Virus record (IMG/VR): IMGVR_UViG_3300013132_000025
Span: 1-64,000 of that record
Origin: a virus
Direction: 5' to 3' (one strand)
DNA: 64,000 nt
Shown: piece after piece, positions 1-9,882 of the stretch
How the letters are laid out: each line of letters opens with the position of its first letter
How positions within the stretch are numbered: position 1 is the stretch's first letter
Program-made: the position numbers and the translations under genes
Notes under the pieces: model-generated
Database searches by the model: none
Seen by the model: the letters and a program-made list of their open reading frames with translations, nothing else
What the model was told of the DNA's origin: nothing

Positions 1-38
1 CTAGTAGTAACAACTGTATTTTCAGATAATGAAGTCAT
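1..38 (-). CDS. 5' fragment of a further tail-fibre paralogue (runs off left end)
   Basis: ATG at 38 overlaps the stop of ORF 38..1024 and reads MTSLSENTVVTT, similar to MTSISDTNVV and MTSISDTEVV of the two neighbours. Confidence 0.6.
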   Translation of the reverse strand, partial: MTSLSENTVVTT

Positions 39-1024
39 TATGCGCTCACTCTTATTGGGGTAAAACGAAGGTGTCTTTGTCCAAAGTTTGCAGTTCCCGT
101 TCCATTTCTTGCGTACAGAACTCTTAATGGATTCGTAGTAGTTAGTGTTAATGCGCGGCTAGTAAAAGAAGTTTGAACGTCAGCGGTCGTTGCATCAATT
201 TGAAAAAGAGCATTAGCAACATCTAATGGCGCTCCAGTTGACTGTGTAACAATTGTGGTAGAATATCCACCATTTGTTTCTTGGGAAATATATGAAAGAT
301 CTACCATATATTGTCCCGCGAGAGGAACTGAAAGCGACGGCCCAGAAGTTGCTAGATTGGTATAATTTGGGTAATTTGTTGTTGTTCCTTCCCAAGCAGC
401 AATAAAACTATATAAAGGTTGACCCCCAATAAACTCCCACTTATGGGTTGAAGAAGAACCAGCCCTATATCTAAAGTTCCATACAATTCCATTAGTATTA
501 TCGGCCAAGTATCTAACCTCTTGCCCATCTATAGCATTAGAAGGAAGGGATGTTACTAGGGGCGCATTGGGTGTTTGTACTATTAGTTGAGAGGCTTGGA
601 TGATTTTAGATACACGAAGATACATACCATGAGCATCTCCTGCTAACCCCAAAGTTCCACTTGCTAAATTTTTAGAACCCATAACTGTTATTGTATGAAC
701 CCCAGCAGCCGGTTCCCATCTTCTTTGTATATAAAAGGGGGTTCTAAATACTCCATTAGATGGAGTTGCAAAAAAACCGTTATTTTCTTGAGCAGCCCCG
801 TCTAAACTAAAACCTATCAATCCTTGAACAGTTGCAGTATCGGAATAACAAGTTGGAGAAAAATACTCTATTAATAAAGGACTTCCATCTGATACAATTG
901 TTATAGTTGGCATAATTGCAGCAGAAGATGTTGTTAAATTATAACTAGTTGTGCTTCTAGAGAAGCCCAACTCAACTAACCCACCCGGAGCATTAACAAC
1001 ATTAGTATCTGATATAGAGGTCAT
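38..1024 (-). CDS. putative tail fibre/adhesin, two-domain
   Basis: 328 aa, beta-rich. Shares the N-terminus MTSISDTxVVNAPGGLVELG and the linker LRVSKIxQASQL..APxVTSLP..GQEV with ORF 1028..2044. Confidence 0.65.
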   Translation of the reverse strand: MTSISDTNVVNAPGGLVELGFSRSTTSYNLTTSSAAIMPTITIVSDGSPLLIEYFSPTCYSDTATVQGLIGFSLDGAAQENNGFFATPSNGVFRTPFYIQRRWEPAAGVHTITVMGSKNLASGTLGLAGDAHGMYLRVSKIIQASQLIVQTPNAPLVTSLPSNAIDGQEVRYLADNTNGIVWNFRYRAGSSSTHKWEFIGGQPLYSFIAAWEGTTTNYPNYTNLATSGPSLSVPLAGQYMVDLSYISQETNGGYSTTIVTQSTGAPLDVANALFQIDATTADVQTSFTSRALTLTTTNPLRVLYARNGTGTANFGQRHLRFTPIRVSA

Positions 1025-1027
1025 GAT

Positions 1028-2044
1028 TTAAGCCATTTCATAAGTGATGTTCCATGTAAAATAGTCGCCATTGCCCCAAGTGAAGGGATTAGTCTGATTC
1101 ACTCCACCAAAGTTTCCAGACTCTGTGTGAATAATATAAAATTGTCCAGCGCTCCACGGCGCACAACTTCCCGTCCACGCTCTCGTTCCCCCATCAATCA
1201 TTAATACAGAACCAACAATTAAACTATTGTAAGCGTTTGTTGGAAGATTAACCACAAAGTATCCACTTGCTGAAGTAGTAGATCCCCACTGTAGTTGACC
1301 TATATAATTTATAGTTTTTCCATAAACACGATATCTACTTTGTAAAGTTCCGTTTCCAAGAGTAATATTTGCAATTCCGGGGCTAAATGATTGCCACTCT
1401 GCGCCTCTAGAATCTCCCATCATATACCAAGCAGAGCCATTCCATTTATATCTTTGATAGCCCGCATAGGGAGAGGTAACGTAAAGGTCAACTTCTTGAC
1501 CCGTAACGAGGTTGCCTGCGGGCAAAGAAGTAACAATGGGCGCATTAGATTGAGTTACTAATAATTGAGAGGCTTGGAGGATTTTGCTTACGCGGAGGAA
1601 GGCGGGGGCGGAACCAGTTGTACCGCTTCCGGCCTCAATGCGTCCAGTATTTGTAGATGGGGACGTATTGGTGACGTACGCCTTGACGCTGTATGTGTGC
1701 GAGCCAGCAGAGGGAGACAAGCGCGCCATAAGATGAACTGGCTTGTTGTCGAAGTTTGCTACGCCGTTGTACTGGCGACCCCAACTTCTGATCTTTTCAG
1801 ACGAATCCTCAAATAGAGAGATGTTGAGTTCATAGTTTGCCGCATTGTACGGGCGTGCTTCGGGAGTAAAAAACTCCACCATGATCGGGCTTCCGTCGCA
1901 CACAACTGTAAGTGGCGCGATAACTTCTACGCCGGTTCCAGCGACACCATTATTTATTGCAACGCCCGACGTAATCTGCGAGTACCCCAACTCAACCAAC
2001 CCACCCGGCGCATTAACTACTTCTGTATCTGATATAGAGGTCAT
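1028..2044 (-). CDS. putative tail fibre/adhesin, paralogue of 38..1024 with a different C-terminal domain
   Basis: 338 aa; same N-terminus and linker; C-terminus resembles phage RBP head domains (RYRVYGKTI..LP..). Confidence 0.65.
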   Translation of the reverse strand: MTSISDTEVVNAPGGLVELGYSQITSGVAINNGVAGTGVEVIAPLTVVCDGSPIMVEFFTPEARPYNAANYELNISLFEDSSEKIRSWGRQYNGVANFDNKPVHLMARLSPSAGSHTYSVKAYVTNTSPSTNTGRIEAGSGTTGSAPAFLRVSKILQASQLLVTQSNAPIVTSLPAGNLVTGQEVDLYVTSPYAGYQRYKWNGSAWYMMGDSRGAEWQSFSPGIANITLGNGTLQSRYRVYGKTINYIGQLQWGSTTSASGYFVVNLPTNAYNSLIVGSVLMIDGGTRAWTGSCAPWSAGQFYIIHTESGNFGGVNQTNPFTWGNGDYFTWNITYEMA

Positions 2045-2048
2045 TATA

Positions 2049-3146
2049 TTATCCCATCAAATTTCCAGTAAAGAAACAATGGTAACTATGCATTGTACCT
2101 CCTGTTATCCAAATTTCAATATAATCTCCAGCGTTAAGAGGAATAATGCCACTTGCAGTATTGGCAATATATTGAGTTCCAGAATAGCCTCGCGGGAACG
2201 ATCCGGTTGACATAGTAGAACCATTTTTTCTAAAATCTGCATAAAAAGCAGACGGTGCAGAATTAAGAAGCGAATAGTGAAAATAATATGAGCCAGTGAT
2301 CGGTGCTGTGAATCTATTATTTGCCGCACTCCAGCAATTTCCGTCATTCACAGAAACAAAATTGAATGTTGCTTTATTTGTTGCAGATACTGTTGAACCG
2401 ACTTCATTTGCAACAAAAAATCTTGGTTGAGTAGACCCGCCCGCGCCAAATATTGTCCATTGGGTTCCGTCCCATCTTTTATTCCTAATAACAGAATTTT
2501 CATAATGATAAACTTCTTCACCAATTTGAGGATTAGAAGGAAGTTGAGTGACAACAGGTGGAGAGTTTTGATAAAACCAACCGCCTCTAGGAAGATCGGC
2601 CACAGCCTTAATAATATAATTAACTACTAGATAGGGGGGCGCGTCTGTTGGCGAGTTTGACGAAGATGCATTTTCAGGATTAACTTTGATTCCTGTTGTG
2701 TTTCCTTGCGTATCACTATAACCAGCGCCTGAATTTAATTGTAATCTATAAACCGTACTAGTGTCTGTTCCTTGACCGCTAGCAGCAACATTTGTTCTTT
2801 GAATGCTGTGCCCGTGACTAGGATCATAAACAGTATGTTGGTGCTTGGGTCTTCTATTATCAAGAGAGGCACCTTCATTTTGTCCTAAAGATGCAACATC
2901 AGCATGAGTGCCTTTTCCAAATGGCATTCTTCCTCTAAGATCGGGTATGTTAAACGTAGCAGAACCATCGCCCGAACCATATGTTGTGCTTAACGCCGAA
3001 AATAATTCAGGATATTGAATTCTAGATATAGCAGAGCCATCGCAGAATAACCAACCGGCAGGGGCATTTACTCCTGCAAAGGCTTCTATGACACCCACAG
3101 GGGTAGTTTGGACTACATTGTTTGCTAATGCTGATAAATTACCCAT
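2049..3146 (-). CDS. tail-collar-domain fibre with C1q-like C-terminal domain
   Basis: Collar motif PVGVIEAFAG..PAGWLFCDG..YPELF..FNIPDLRGR; C-terminal FTAPITGSYYF..LNAGDYIEI is C1q-like. Confidence 0.75.
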   Translation of the reverse strand: MGNLSALANNVVQTTPVGVIEAFAGVNAPAGWLFCDGSAISRIQYPELFSALSTTYGSGDGSATFNIPDLRGRMPFGKGTHADVASLGQNEGASLDNRRPKHQHTVYDPSHGHSIQRTNVAASGQGTDTSTVYRLQLNSGAGYSDTQGNTTGIKVNPENASSSNSPTDAPPYLVVNYIIKAVADLPRGGWFYQNSPPVVTQLPSNPQIGEEVYHYENSVIRNKRWDGTQWTIFGAGGSTQPRFFVANEVGSTVSATNKATFNFVSVNDGNCWSAANNRFTAPITGSYYFHYSLLNSAPSAFYADFRKNGSTMSTGSFPRGYSGTQYIANTASGIIPLNAGDYIEIWITGGTMHSYHCFFTGNLMG

Positions 3147-4270
3147 TATTGCTCCGCATAAAAAGAAACTCCGTCAAGCCCTACCCAAGTATTTCCTGTT
3201 CTGCTTGGATAAACGTTTCCTGAAGAATCTATATCAATTCTTGAAACAGTCCACGGTTCTCCAGATGTTGCTGGAAATAATTTTCTTGATGCGGGTCTAT
3301 ACCCCGCTGGCAAAACAAAGGAAATATCATTTGTTTTAGATCCTCCGTTTAACAAACCTTTAAGTATAACCAAACCATCTGGACTTTTTAAATATCCGGC
3401 AGTATCATAACTTGCCCCATAGTTACTCCATCCATTAATTAGTGCTGGGGCAATCCAAGAAGGTTTGGTAACTGCTCCCGTATCATACCAAGTACCTCCG
3501 CTATATCTTTTAGCAGTTTGATATATCGTTCCTGCAACAGTTTGTTGTAAATAAACTTCTTGCCCCTCGTATGGATTACTAGGAAGAGAAGTAACTAAAT
3601 CAGGACTAGAACTATTATACCAACCGCCGCGAGGCAATTCACTAACTGCTTTAATTATGTAGTTAAGGATCATTGTGGGTTGGGTATTGTTGTGGGCACC
3701 CCCACCGCCCGTGTTTTGATTAGTTGCAGTTCGACTATCTGCATAAACGATACGAGAGGCGTCAGAACCGTCGCCGCCACCACCACCATTGTCTACAATA
3801 TTATAATAAACTCCATCAGCGGCATTATTTAATGTAATAAATCTATCACCGGCAAAGGAATTCACTCGCATTTGGTGAATGTGAGCGTCTTGGGTGTGAG
3901 TGTGGCTTGGCATCTGGGATGTTGATAAAGTATTACTTTCAACACCACCATTATTGCCCAAAGCAGTTCCCGAGGCCCCAAAATAAGTGGAAGTTAATCT
4001 ATTAGTCGGCCCATTATTCATATTATTAACACCATCTCTACCGGCGATAGTGCGACCTCTTAAGTCAGGAAGAGTAAAAGTAGTAAACCCATCTCCTGAA
4101 CCATAGGTAGTTCCAATAACACTAAAGAGTTCGGGATATAATGCTCTTGATACTTGTGAGCCATCGCAAATGAGCCAACCATTGGGCGCGTTTGATCCTG
4201 CAAAAGCCTCTATGACTCCTACAGGTTGTGGTTGAACTGCAATGTTTGCGACTTTAGATAATACTGCCAT
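3146..4270 (-). CDS. tail-collar-domain fibre with RBP-type C-terminal domain
   Basis: Collar motif GWLICDG..PDLRGR, HTH motifs, C-terminal LINGW..Y.K..V.L.G..F.LP.GYRP. Confidence 0.75.
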   Translation of the reverse strand: MAVLSKVANIAVQPQPVGVIEAFAGSNAPNGWLICDGSQVSRALYPELFSVIGTTYGSGDGFTTFTLPDLRGRTIAGRDGVNNMNNGPTNRLTSTYFGASGTALGNNGGVESNTLSTSQMPSHTHTQDAHIHQMRVNSFAGDRFITLNNAADGVYYNIVDNGGGGGDGSDASRIVYADSRTATNQNTGGGGAHNNTQPTMILNYIIKAVSELPRGGWYNSSSPDLVTSLPSNPYEGQEVYLQQTVAGTIYQTAKRYSGGTWYDTGAVTKPSWIAPALINGWSNYGASYDTAGYLKSPDGLVILKGLLNGGSKTNDISFVLPAGYRPASRKLFPATSGEPWTVSRIDIDSSGNVYPSRTGNTWVGLDGVSFYAEQ

Positions 4271-4602
4271 TATTCACTCTTTGGATATTTTTTTTTAATT
4301 TGAGATATTTTAGAAATCCAATTTTCAGTTCCATTAATTGAATCCCAATAAATCATATCTAACTGTTCTACTATTTCAGGATATTCTTTTTTTCTATTTA
4401 ATGAATAAGAAAAGTTATCCCAGTCTTTTTGCATCTCATCTATTTTATCTTGCACTTCTTTATCAGTAGGCTTTTCTTGGTGTTCGTCAGCCCAATTAAT
4501 TTTCCAATTATTTTTTGCATCATATTCAACTGACCACAAAGAATCTGGTTTTAAAATATGAAGTGCGTTTTCTACACATGGGAATTTATTATTATCAATC
4601 AT
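4270..4602 (-). CDS. putative tail-fibre assembly chaperone
   Basis: 110 aa with Y..NR..EYP.I.EQLDMIY..W...I..IK.KYPK, typical of small genes next to phage fibre genes. Confidence 0.6.
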   Translation of the reverse strand: MIDNNKFPCVENALHILKPDSLWSVEYDAKNNWKINWADEHQEKPTDKEVQDKIDEMQKDWDNFSYSLNRKKEYPEIVEQLDMIYWDSINGTENWISKISQIKKKYPKSE

Positions 4603-5867
4603 TGAGCAATCTCCATCGCAATTCCGTATGAAACCATAGATTCATACGCATCTTGTGTTGCTCCGTTTAAGGTTCTGTTTACCGCAAGAGTAAAGTTGCC
4701 TCCACTGCTAGATCTGATTGCTGGAGCGTATGTTCTAGCGTTTGTTGACCCCAAAGAACTATCTACATAAGTTAACTTCCAATTACTTGGTGTAGAATCT
4801 TCATTCTGATCATAAAAACCACTCATCATTCCAGACCATCTAGAGTTTCCAAGAACAGTATTATATCCATCTGAAACTAATGATCCATCTTTGTGAATTA
4901 GAAATACATTATCTTGATGCAATTCTCCATTGATAGTCCACTCGCAAATAATTCTAGAGTTACTAAATCTTGGAGTAATTGTTAAATTTAAACCAGTTAT
5001 TGTGTTTCCGTTTCCAGTATTTGAAGAAGCAAACGTTGTTCTGGTGTCCATTCTAGTAACTACTGTTTGAATAACAGAACCCGTAGGTTGTGCGACTCCA
5101 GAAACTTGCTGCCAGTTTGAACCACTATACCAGTAATAGACTAAAGCAGTTCCTCCAGTAGATAATAAAGCAGTTTCTCCATATGCTGGATTTAATGGAA
5201 GTTGAGTAACGACAGGTGGACTAGAATTGTTATACCAACCGCCCCTAGCAATATCTGCTACTGCTTTAATTATGTAGTTAACAATAAGAGTAGGTTGGGT
5301 ATTGTTGTGGGCACCATTACCACCTGTGTTTTGATTAGTTGCCGTAACTCCCATAGCCGTTAAATTTTGACCCCCATATACGCCAGCCCAAACCCCAGAA
5401 GGGGAGAACGTAAATGTTGCTCCACCTGAAAGACCTCCAAAGTTTGCACCCCAACTGTGTCCTCCGGGAGATTCTACAGAGTGTGAGTGAGCATTTTGAG
5501 TGTGAGTGTGAGATGCTAATTGTGCTTCTGTTAATTGATGGCTTTCAGACCCACCGGAAGCCCCAAGATTGGTTGCAGTTCCTCCAAAATAAGAACTTGT
5601 TAGCCTGTTAGCCGCAGTACCACCCATATTATCTTTACCCGCAGGAACCCGGCCTCTTAAGTCTGGAAGATTAAAAGTCGTTGCTCCGTTCCCGGAACCA
5701 TACGAAGTTCCTATGGTGCTAAATAAGTCAGAATAATCTCCACGGCTAACCGCACTGCCATCACAGAGTAGCCAGCCAGTAGGGGCGTTTGCTCCAGCAA
5801 ATGCTTGTATAGAACCGACAGGTAAACCGGGGGTGGCTACATTAGCAACAGTGGAAAGAACCGCCAA
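4599..5867 (-). CDS. tail-collar-domain fibre with a third type of C-terminal domain
   Basis: Collar motif, HTH motifs, linker NYIIKAVADIARGGWYNNSSPPVVTQLP, C-terminal GSVIQTV..TITPRFSNSRI. Confidence 0.75.
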   Translation of the reverse strand: MAVLSTVANVATPGLPVGSIQAFAGANAPTGWLLCDGSAVSRGDYSDLFSTIGTSYGSGNGATTFNLPDLRGRVPAGKDNMGGTAANRLTSSYFGGTATNLGASGGSESHQLTEAQLASHTHTQNAHSHSVESPGGHSWGANFGGLSGGATFTFSPSGVWAGVYGGQNLTAMGVTATNQNTGGNGAHNNTQPTLIVNYIIKAVADIARGGWYNNSSPPVVTQLPLNPAYGETALLSTGGTALVYYWYSGSNWQQVSGVAQPTGSVIQTVVTRMDTRTTFASSNTGNGNTITGLNLTITPRFSNSRIICEWTINGELHQDNVFLIHKDGSLVSDGYNTVLGNSRWSGMMSGFYDQNEDSTPSNWKLTYVDSSLGSTNARTYAPAIRSSSGGNFTLAVNRTLNGATQDAYESMVSYGIAMEIAQ

Positions 5868-5869
5868 TT

Positions 5870-6652
5870 TTAATCACTCTCCGTAAAGAAGGCAACGCTC
5901 TGAGTGCCGCTTTGAGCCACACCATGAATTGCCGCTTGTGGAGCGCGATCAATAACAGCAGTCTGTCCGGGGGCTAACCTTAGTCCCGAACCAGATGCAA
6001 CACCAGATGCTCCAAGCCAAATATAATCTGTTCCTAGATTGGTAAGAACAGCGGTTCTTCTCGTTGAAGATGCTGCAATAATTTGAGCAGATGATGAAAC
6101 AGCAGCGGAGCCGTGAGCAATAGCAGAACCGCGCTCAATTGTATTTGCTGTTCCTGCAACCGATACTGTACCTTGTGTATAAAGGGCACTTGCAGAACCG
6201 TTGGTAACTGTAGTTGTACCTGCAACATAAGCGGGGGCAGAGGCTGGAATAGTTACCGTACCAGCAACATAACCGGGAGCAGATGCGGGGATAGTTGCAG
6301 TAGTTGTTCCTTGAACAAAGAGTGCGCCAGCGGCTGCATTGGTCGCAGTAGTAGTGCCTTGAACAAACAACGCACCGGCAGCAACATTAGTAGCAGTAAC
6401 AGTTCCACCAACAAACCAGTTACCTGATTGAATAGCAGTTACGGGCCAAGTACCAGAACCAACATTAGCAGTAACAGTCCATGAGCCACCTTGATTGACA
6501 GTACCACCGATATTCCAGTTGCCTGATTGGATGGCATTTACATTCCATGTGGCATTTTGAGATACAGTACCAATAATTGCTGCGGTGCCCGAAGGAGTAG
6601 ATGTAACAGTTCCTTGAACCTTAACGGTATTTACTACAATTGGAGCGCCCAT
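5870..6652 (-). CDS. Gly/Thr/Ala-rich virion protein with short internal repeats
   Basis: Repeats AIQSGNW x2, AGALFVQGTTTAT x2, TIPASAP.YVAGT x2. Confidence 0.6.
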   Translation of the reverse strand: MGAPIVVNTVKVQGTVTSTPSGTAAIIGTVSQNATWNVNAIQSGNWNIGGTVNQGGSWTVTANVGSGTWPVTAIQSGNWFVGGTVTATNVAAGALFVQGTTTATNAAAGALFVQGTTTATIPASAPGYVAGTVTIPASAPAYVAGTTTVTNGSASALYTQGTVSVAGTANTIERGSAIAHGSAAVSSSAQIIAASSTRRTAVLTNLGTDYIWLGASGVASGSGLRLAPGQTAVIDRAPQAAIHGVAQSGTQSVAFFTESD

Positions 6653-7005
6653 TACGCTGTAATCCTATTCACGAATCCACCTACATTTACAACCGAGCCA
6701 ACGTCGGCATATGCTTTAACAACAAGTCCGTTTTGTAATAAGAATGAAGGGATAATTTCGATAAGACCTACGTTTGCAGGAAGAACAAATTTAACTTCAT
6801 TGTTTGCGCCAGTTCCACCATACTCAACAGTAAGAGTTGCGTCGGTGCTGTGATAATTAGTTGCAAAGATATGGAGTTCATCAATATTGGCGGTGCCAGA
6901 AACGGCAGTGTGGATAGTATTGGCTCCTGCCGTAGAAGTGCCAGTTACTTGAATGAATCGGCCATTAGTAGAGCCGGATAGTAATAGTTTGCTAATAGAT
7001 GCCAT
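6652..7005 (-). CDS. hypothetical virion protein
   Basis: 117 aa, translationally coupled within the fibre cluster. Confidence 0.55.
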   Translation of the reverse strand: MASISKLLLSGSTNGRFIQVTGTSTAGANTIHTAVSGTANIDELHIFATNYHSTDATLTVEYGGTGANNEVKFVLPANVGLIEIIPSFLLQNGLVVKAYADVGSVVNVGGFVNRITA

Positions 7006-7547
7006 TATCCAAATACCTCTTTGTTAAGTTTGACTGCTAGGGCCAAATCGTCCCCTCCTACATTAAGGTTCGTTCCAACAACAAAGGCTCCATCTGTAGT
7101 TAATGAAGCAGAACCCGAACGATATAAATTAGTATCTTCTTGTGCGGAACCTGAACCCCACTCAACAGTTCCTCCAGCATCAATGCTTAGACGAGGTTGA
7201 GTATCTCCATCATCTCTAATCTGAAAGTTTTCGTCATCGGGGCTATCACCTTGAAGAAGTGATTGCTGCGGGTGATTGACATAATAGCGAGAAGTTGCAA
7301 CTCCATATTGTGAAGAAATTGTTATGTCATATAAACCAATTTCCAACCAACCAGTGAACGAGCCATCGGCCCCCGAGATAAGAGGTTGCGATACTGTCCC
7401 TGCCCCAGTCTCTCCTGAGTAAACGGTAGCAATAGTTGTTCCGGGAGAAACTGTAATATCGGCTGTGGCACCGGAGATTGCATTACCATTAAGGTCTTGG
7501 ACCTTGCGAGTAATTGGAGTGCGAAGAATTAAGGGATTGGTTGACAT
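7005..7547 (-). CDS. hypothetical virion/fibre-associated protein
   Basis: 180 aa; WGSGS..DTNLYR motif shared with 59185..59979. Confidence 0.55.
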   Translation of the reverse strand: MSTNPLILRTPITRKVQDLNGNAISGATADITVSPGTTIATVYSGETGAGTVSQPLISGADGSFTGWLEIGLYDITISSQYGVATSRYYVNHPQQSLLQGDSPDDENFQIRDDGDTQPRLSIDAGGTVEWGSGSAQEDTNLYRSGSASLTTDGAFVVGTNLNVGGDDLALAVKLNKEVFG

Positions 7548-7551
7548 TTAT

Positions 7552-7947
7552 TTACTTTCTATAGTAAGCATAAATTGCATCATTTGCGCCGGGGGCAACA
7601 GTCATTGTAACTACGGTGCCGCTTAATGTATAATCTCCAGCAGATCCCGGAGACATAAACAAACCTCCAACATAAAGTTGGAGACTGGCAGAAGGTGTTG
7701 GGGTGCCAGCAAGAGTAAATGTTACATTATTGCTGTTTTTTGTTCCTACTGGAATTTCCGAATCAACAAAAGTAACAAAATTTGGAATTGCAGTTGGAAC
7801 ATAAGCCGTTCCATTAAAAATTAATGCTTGTCCATTTGTTGCAGAACCTGCTGAAAGAATAGATACTGGAAGACCAGCGGTACCGATATCTGCGCTACCA
7901 ATGTTTAGTGGACCCAATCTACTCTTTGGTACTTTAGAATAACTCAT
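7552..7947 (-). CDS. hypothetical virion protein
   Basis: 131 aa; FTL..TP....LQLYV.GL....DYTLSG..T...AP pattern common in phage structural proteins. Confidence 0.55.
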   Translation of the reverse strand: MSYSKVPKSRLGPLNIGSADIGTAGLPVSILSAGSATNGQALIFNGTAYVPTAIPNFVTFVDSEIPVGTKNSNNVTFTLAGTPTPSASLQLYVGGLFMSPGSAGDYTLSGTVVTMTVAPGANDAIYAYYRK

Positions 7948-9415
7948 TTACTTTTCTCCATTGTTTAGCAATTGTCATTTGATTTGCTGGCGCTTTAACT
8001 GGTTGTTGAACTACTTGCTTAGGCTTTTTTATTTTTTTCTCCCATTTAGTCTCCCAGTATGGCTTAAATCCAATTGGTTTGAGAGAATCGTGAAGTTGAT
8101 GAGTTCCGGGTCCAGTTCTCACGTTGTCCCAAACTCCCCATTGAAACGCGCCTAAAGGCATATTTTCATATTCTGGGTATTGAGATTTAACTTCTTTTAA
8201 TTGACTTTCATATTGATCGTATTGTTTATTTGTACTAGGAACAAAATCGGGCTTTCCTAAAAAATTCATCATGTGACGATCTACGGTTGCCAATTCAGAA
8301 CTCTTTGGAGCAAGTAATAGCCACGCAAAAGAAGCAACTTTATTATTAACACCGCTAATTTTAAGGTTTCTTAATCCCTCTCTCCAAAAATGTCCAGTAC
8401 CACCAGTTTTTTTAAAATCTTCTCGGGCTAACTCTGTTAAACGTTCGGCTATAGAACCTAGATTAGCAATGGAGTCTAAGTGTCTATAAATATACCCCGG
8501 ATACTTTTGCCAGTACAATTCTTCTTTTTCTGGCATATCGTATCCTTCATCGTCAAACAACATGCCTTGTTCTTCTTTCATGCCAAATGGGTGTTTGCGA
8601 TGATAAATATCTCTTTGTTTATTCCATTCCTCTCTCGTTATGCCGAGGTGTTGCAAATAAACATTTACATCGCTTTGATATGAAGGAATGTCTGCAATGT
8701 CTTGATAATGAATAGCATTATGTGAAAGATCTTTCATAGGAGAAAGAATGCCAACTCTAAGAGCATTAATTACAGCCTTTTTTTGATCTTCAGAAGATAA
8801 GTTTAAAAATGAGATATCTTGCGCTTCAAGAAGTTTTGCATGAGGCCCTTGCCCACCTTCCCAATCTAATGGATCATTTGGATTTTGTCCTTGCAAAACC
8901 ATAGATTCTGAAAGTTTATTCCATTTACCTAAAAACTTCTTTACTGGACTAACATCAACAATCTCACCCATAATTTCTTTTTCCGGTTCTTCAAGAGGCT
9001 TTTGAGGATTCTTAAGATTTCTTGGTTTTGTTTGAATAAAAGGGTGTTTTTCTGGGTCTCTAACCACCCTTTGAAAATCTTTTGTAAATCCTTGGGCTTT
9101 TATTAGATGAGGCTGTGAAGGAGCAGTTTCGTGGATAGGAAACATAACTATTGTGTCTATTTCATCTGAATATAAAACTTCTCCAATTTTACCTTTAGGA
9201 ATTCGAACAGTTTCATTCATTTCAGAACCCGGGGGGCCGCTTTTCCCGGGAGTTTTATTTTTTACTTGCTGTTTATATTCTAAATTAGCAGATTCTTCCG
9301 GTATTTCGTATTCTTCTCTAGTTGGAATTTTTAAGAGTTCGGGCAAGTATGGCTGAACAACGCCAAAAACATCCGTCTTAGTCTTAACAATATCACCGTT
9401 TTTAAATGCACTCAT
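7934..9415 (-). CDS. two-part protein with C-terminal HhH DNA glycosylase/AP-lyase-like domain
   Basis: ISGVNNKVASF (HhH with Lys), LATVDRHM (Asp), Y..YE and Q..VW, similar to Ogg2-type glycosylases. Confidence 0.55.
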   Translation of the reverse strand: MSAFKNGDIVKTKTDVFGVVQPYLPELLKIPTREEYEIPEESANLEYKQQVKNKTPGKSGPPGSEMNETVRIPKGKIGEVLYSDEIDTIVMFPIHETAPSQPHLIKAQGFTKDFQRVVRDPEKHPFIQTKPRNLKNPQKPLEEPEKEIMGEIVDVSPVKKFLGKWNKLSESMVLQGQNPNDPLDWEGGQGPHAKLLEAQDISFLNLSSEDQKKAVINALRVGILSPMKDLSHNAIHYQDIADIPSYQSDVNVYLQHLGITREEWNKQRDIYHRKHPFGMKEEQGMLFDDEGYDMPEKEELYWQKYPGYIYRHLDSIANLGSIAERLTELAREDFKKTGGTGHFWREGLRNLKISGVNNKVASFAWLLLAPKSSELATVDRHMMNFLGKPDFVPSTNKQYDQYESQLKEVKSQYPEYENMPLGAFQWGVWDNVRTGPGTHQLHDSLKPIGFKPYWETKWEKKIKKPKQVVQQPVKAPANQMTIAKQWRKVNELF

Positions 9416-9443
9416 CTCTTATATTAAGGCAAAGTGTCCCAAC

Positions 9444-9471
9444 AAAAATGAGGCCCCCGAAGAGACCTCAT
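9444..9471 (-). terminator. intrinsic terminator after holin
   Basis: Minus strand ATGAGGTCTC-TTCG-GGGGCCTCAT-TTTT. Confidence 0.8.
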
Positions 9472-9495
9472 CTGTCCTGCTTATTTATTTTTTGA

Positions 9496-9864
9496 CTACT
9501 TATTGGGAGAAAGTGGAGGAGTTACGTTTGTGTCTGAAATTACAGGATCATCCTCGTATGTAACAACACTATCTCCAACATCTGCGGTAACTGCTGCCGG
9601 ATTGGCGTAAGCAATGTTGCTTACAAGATTAACCTTCTGCTTGGCGAAGAATACGCGAGAGGCACCAACAATTGCCTGAGCAAGAGCAGAAACGATACCT
9701 GCGGCTGTCGCTAGCCAAAAACCGTATTTGTCTGAAACTGAAGCGGGCAGGCTACCTGTTAAGGTAGTCAAAAATGCTGCAATTGCAAACAATCCAGAAG
9801 TTACAGCGGTTACGATTCCAGTAATTGTTACTGGACCCCAACCAACGTTTACATCTGTGTTCAT
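9496..9864 (-). CDS. putative holin
   Basis: 122 aa, two hydrophobic helices, directly downstream of the endolysin. Confidence 0.6.
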   Translation of the reverse strand: MNTDVNVGWGPVTITGIVTAVTSGLFAIAAFLTTLTGSLPASVSDKYGFWLATAAGIVSALAQAIVGASRVFFAKQKVNLVSNIAYANPAAVTADVGDSVVTYEDDPVISDTNVTPPLSPNK

Positions 9865-9882
9865 TAAATCTCCTAGTTAATA

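Noticed and set aside
1-5867. Invertase-driven shufflon
   Set aside because: All cassettes are complete genes on one strand, with no inverted crossover sites or recombinase in view
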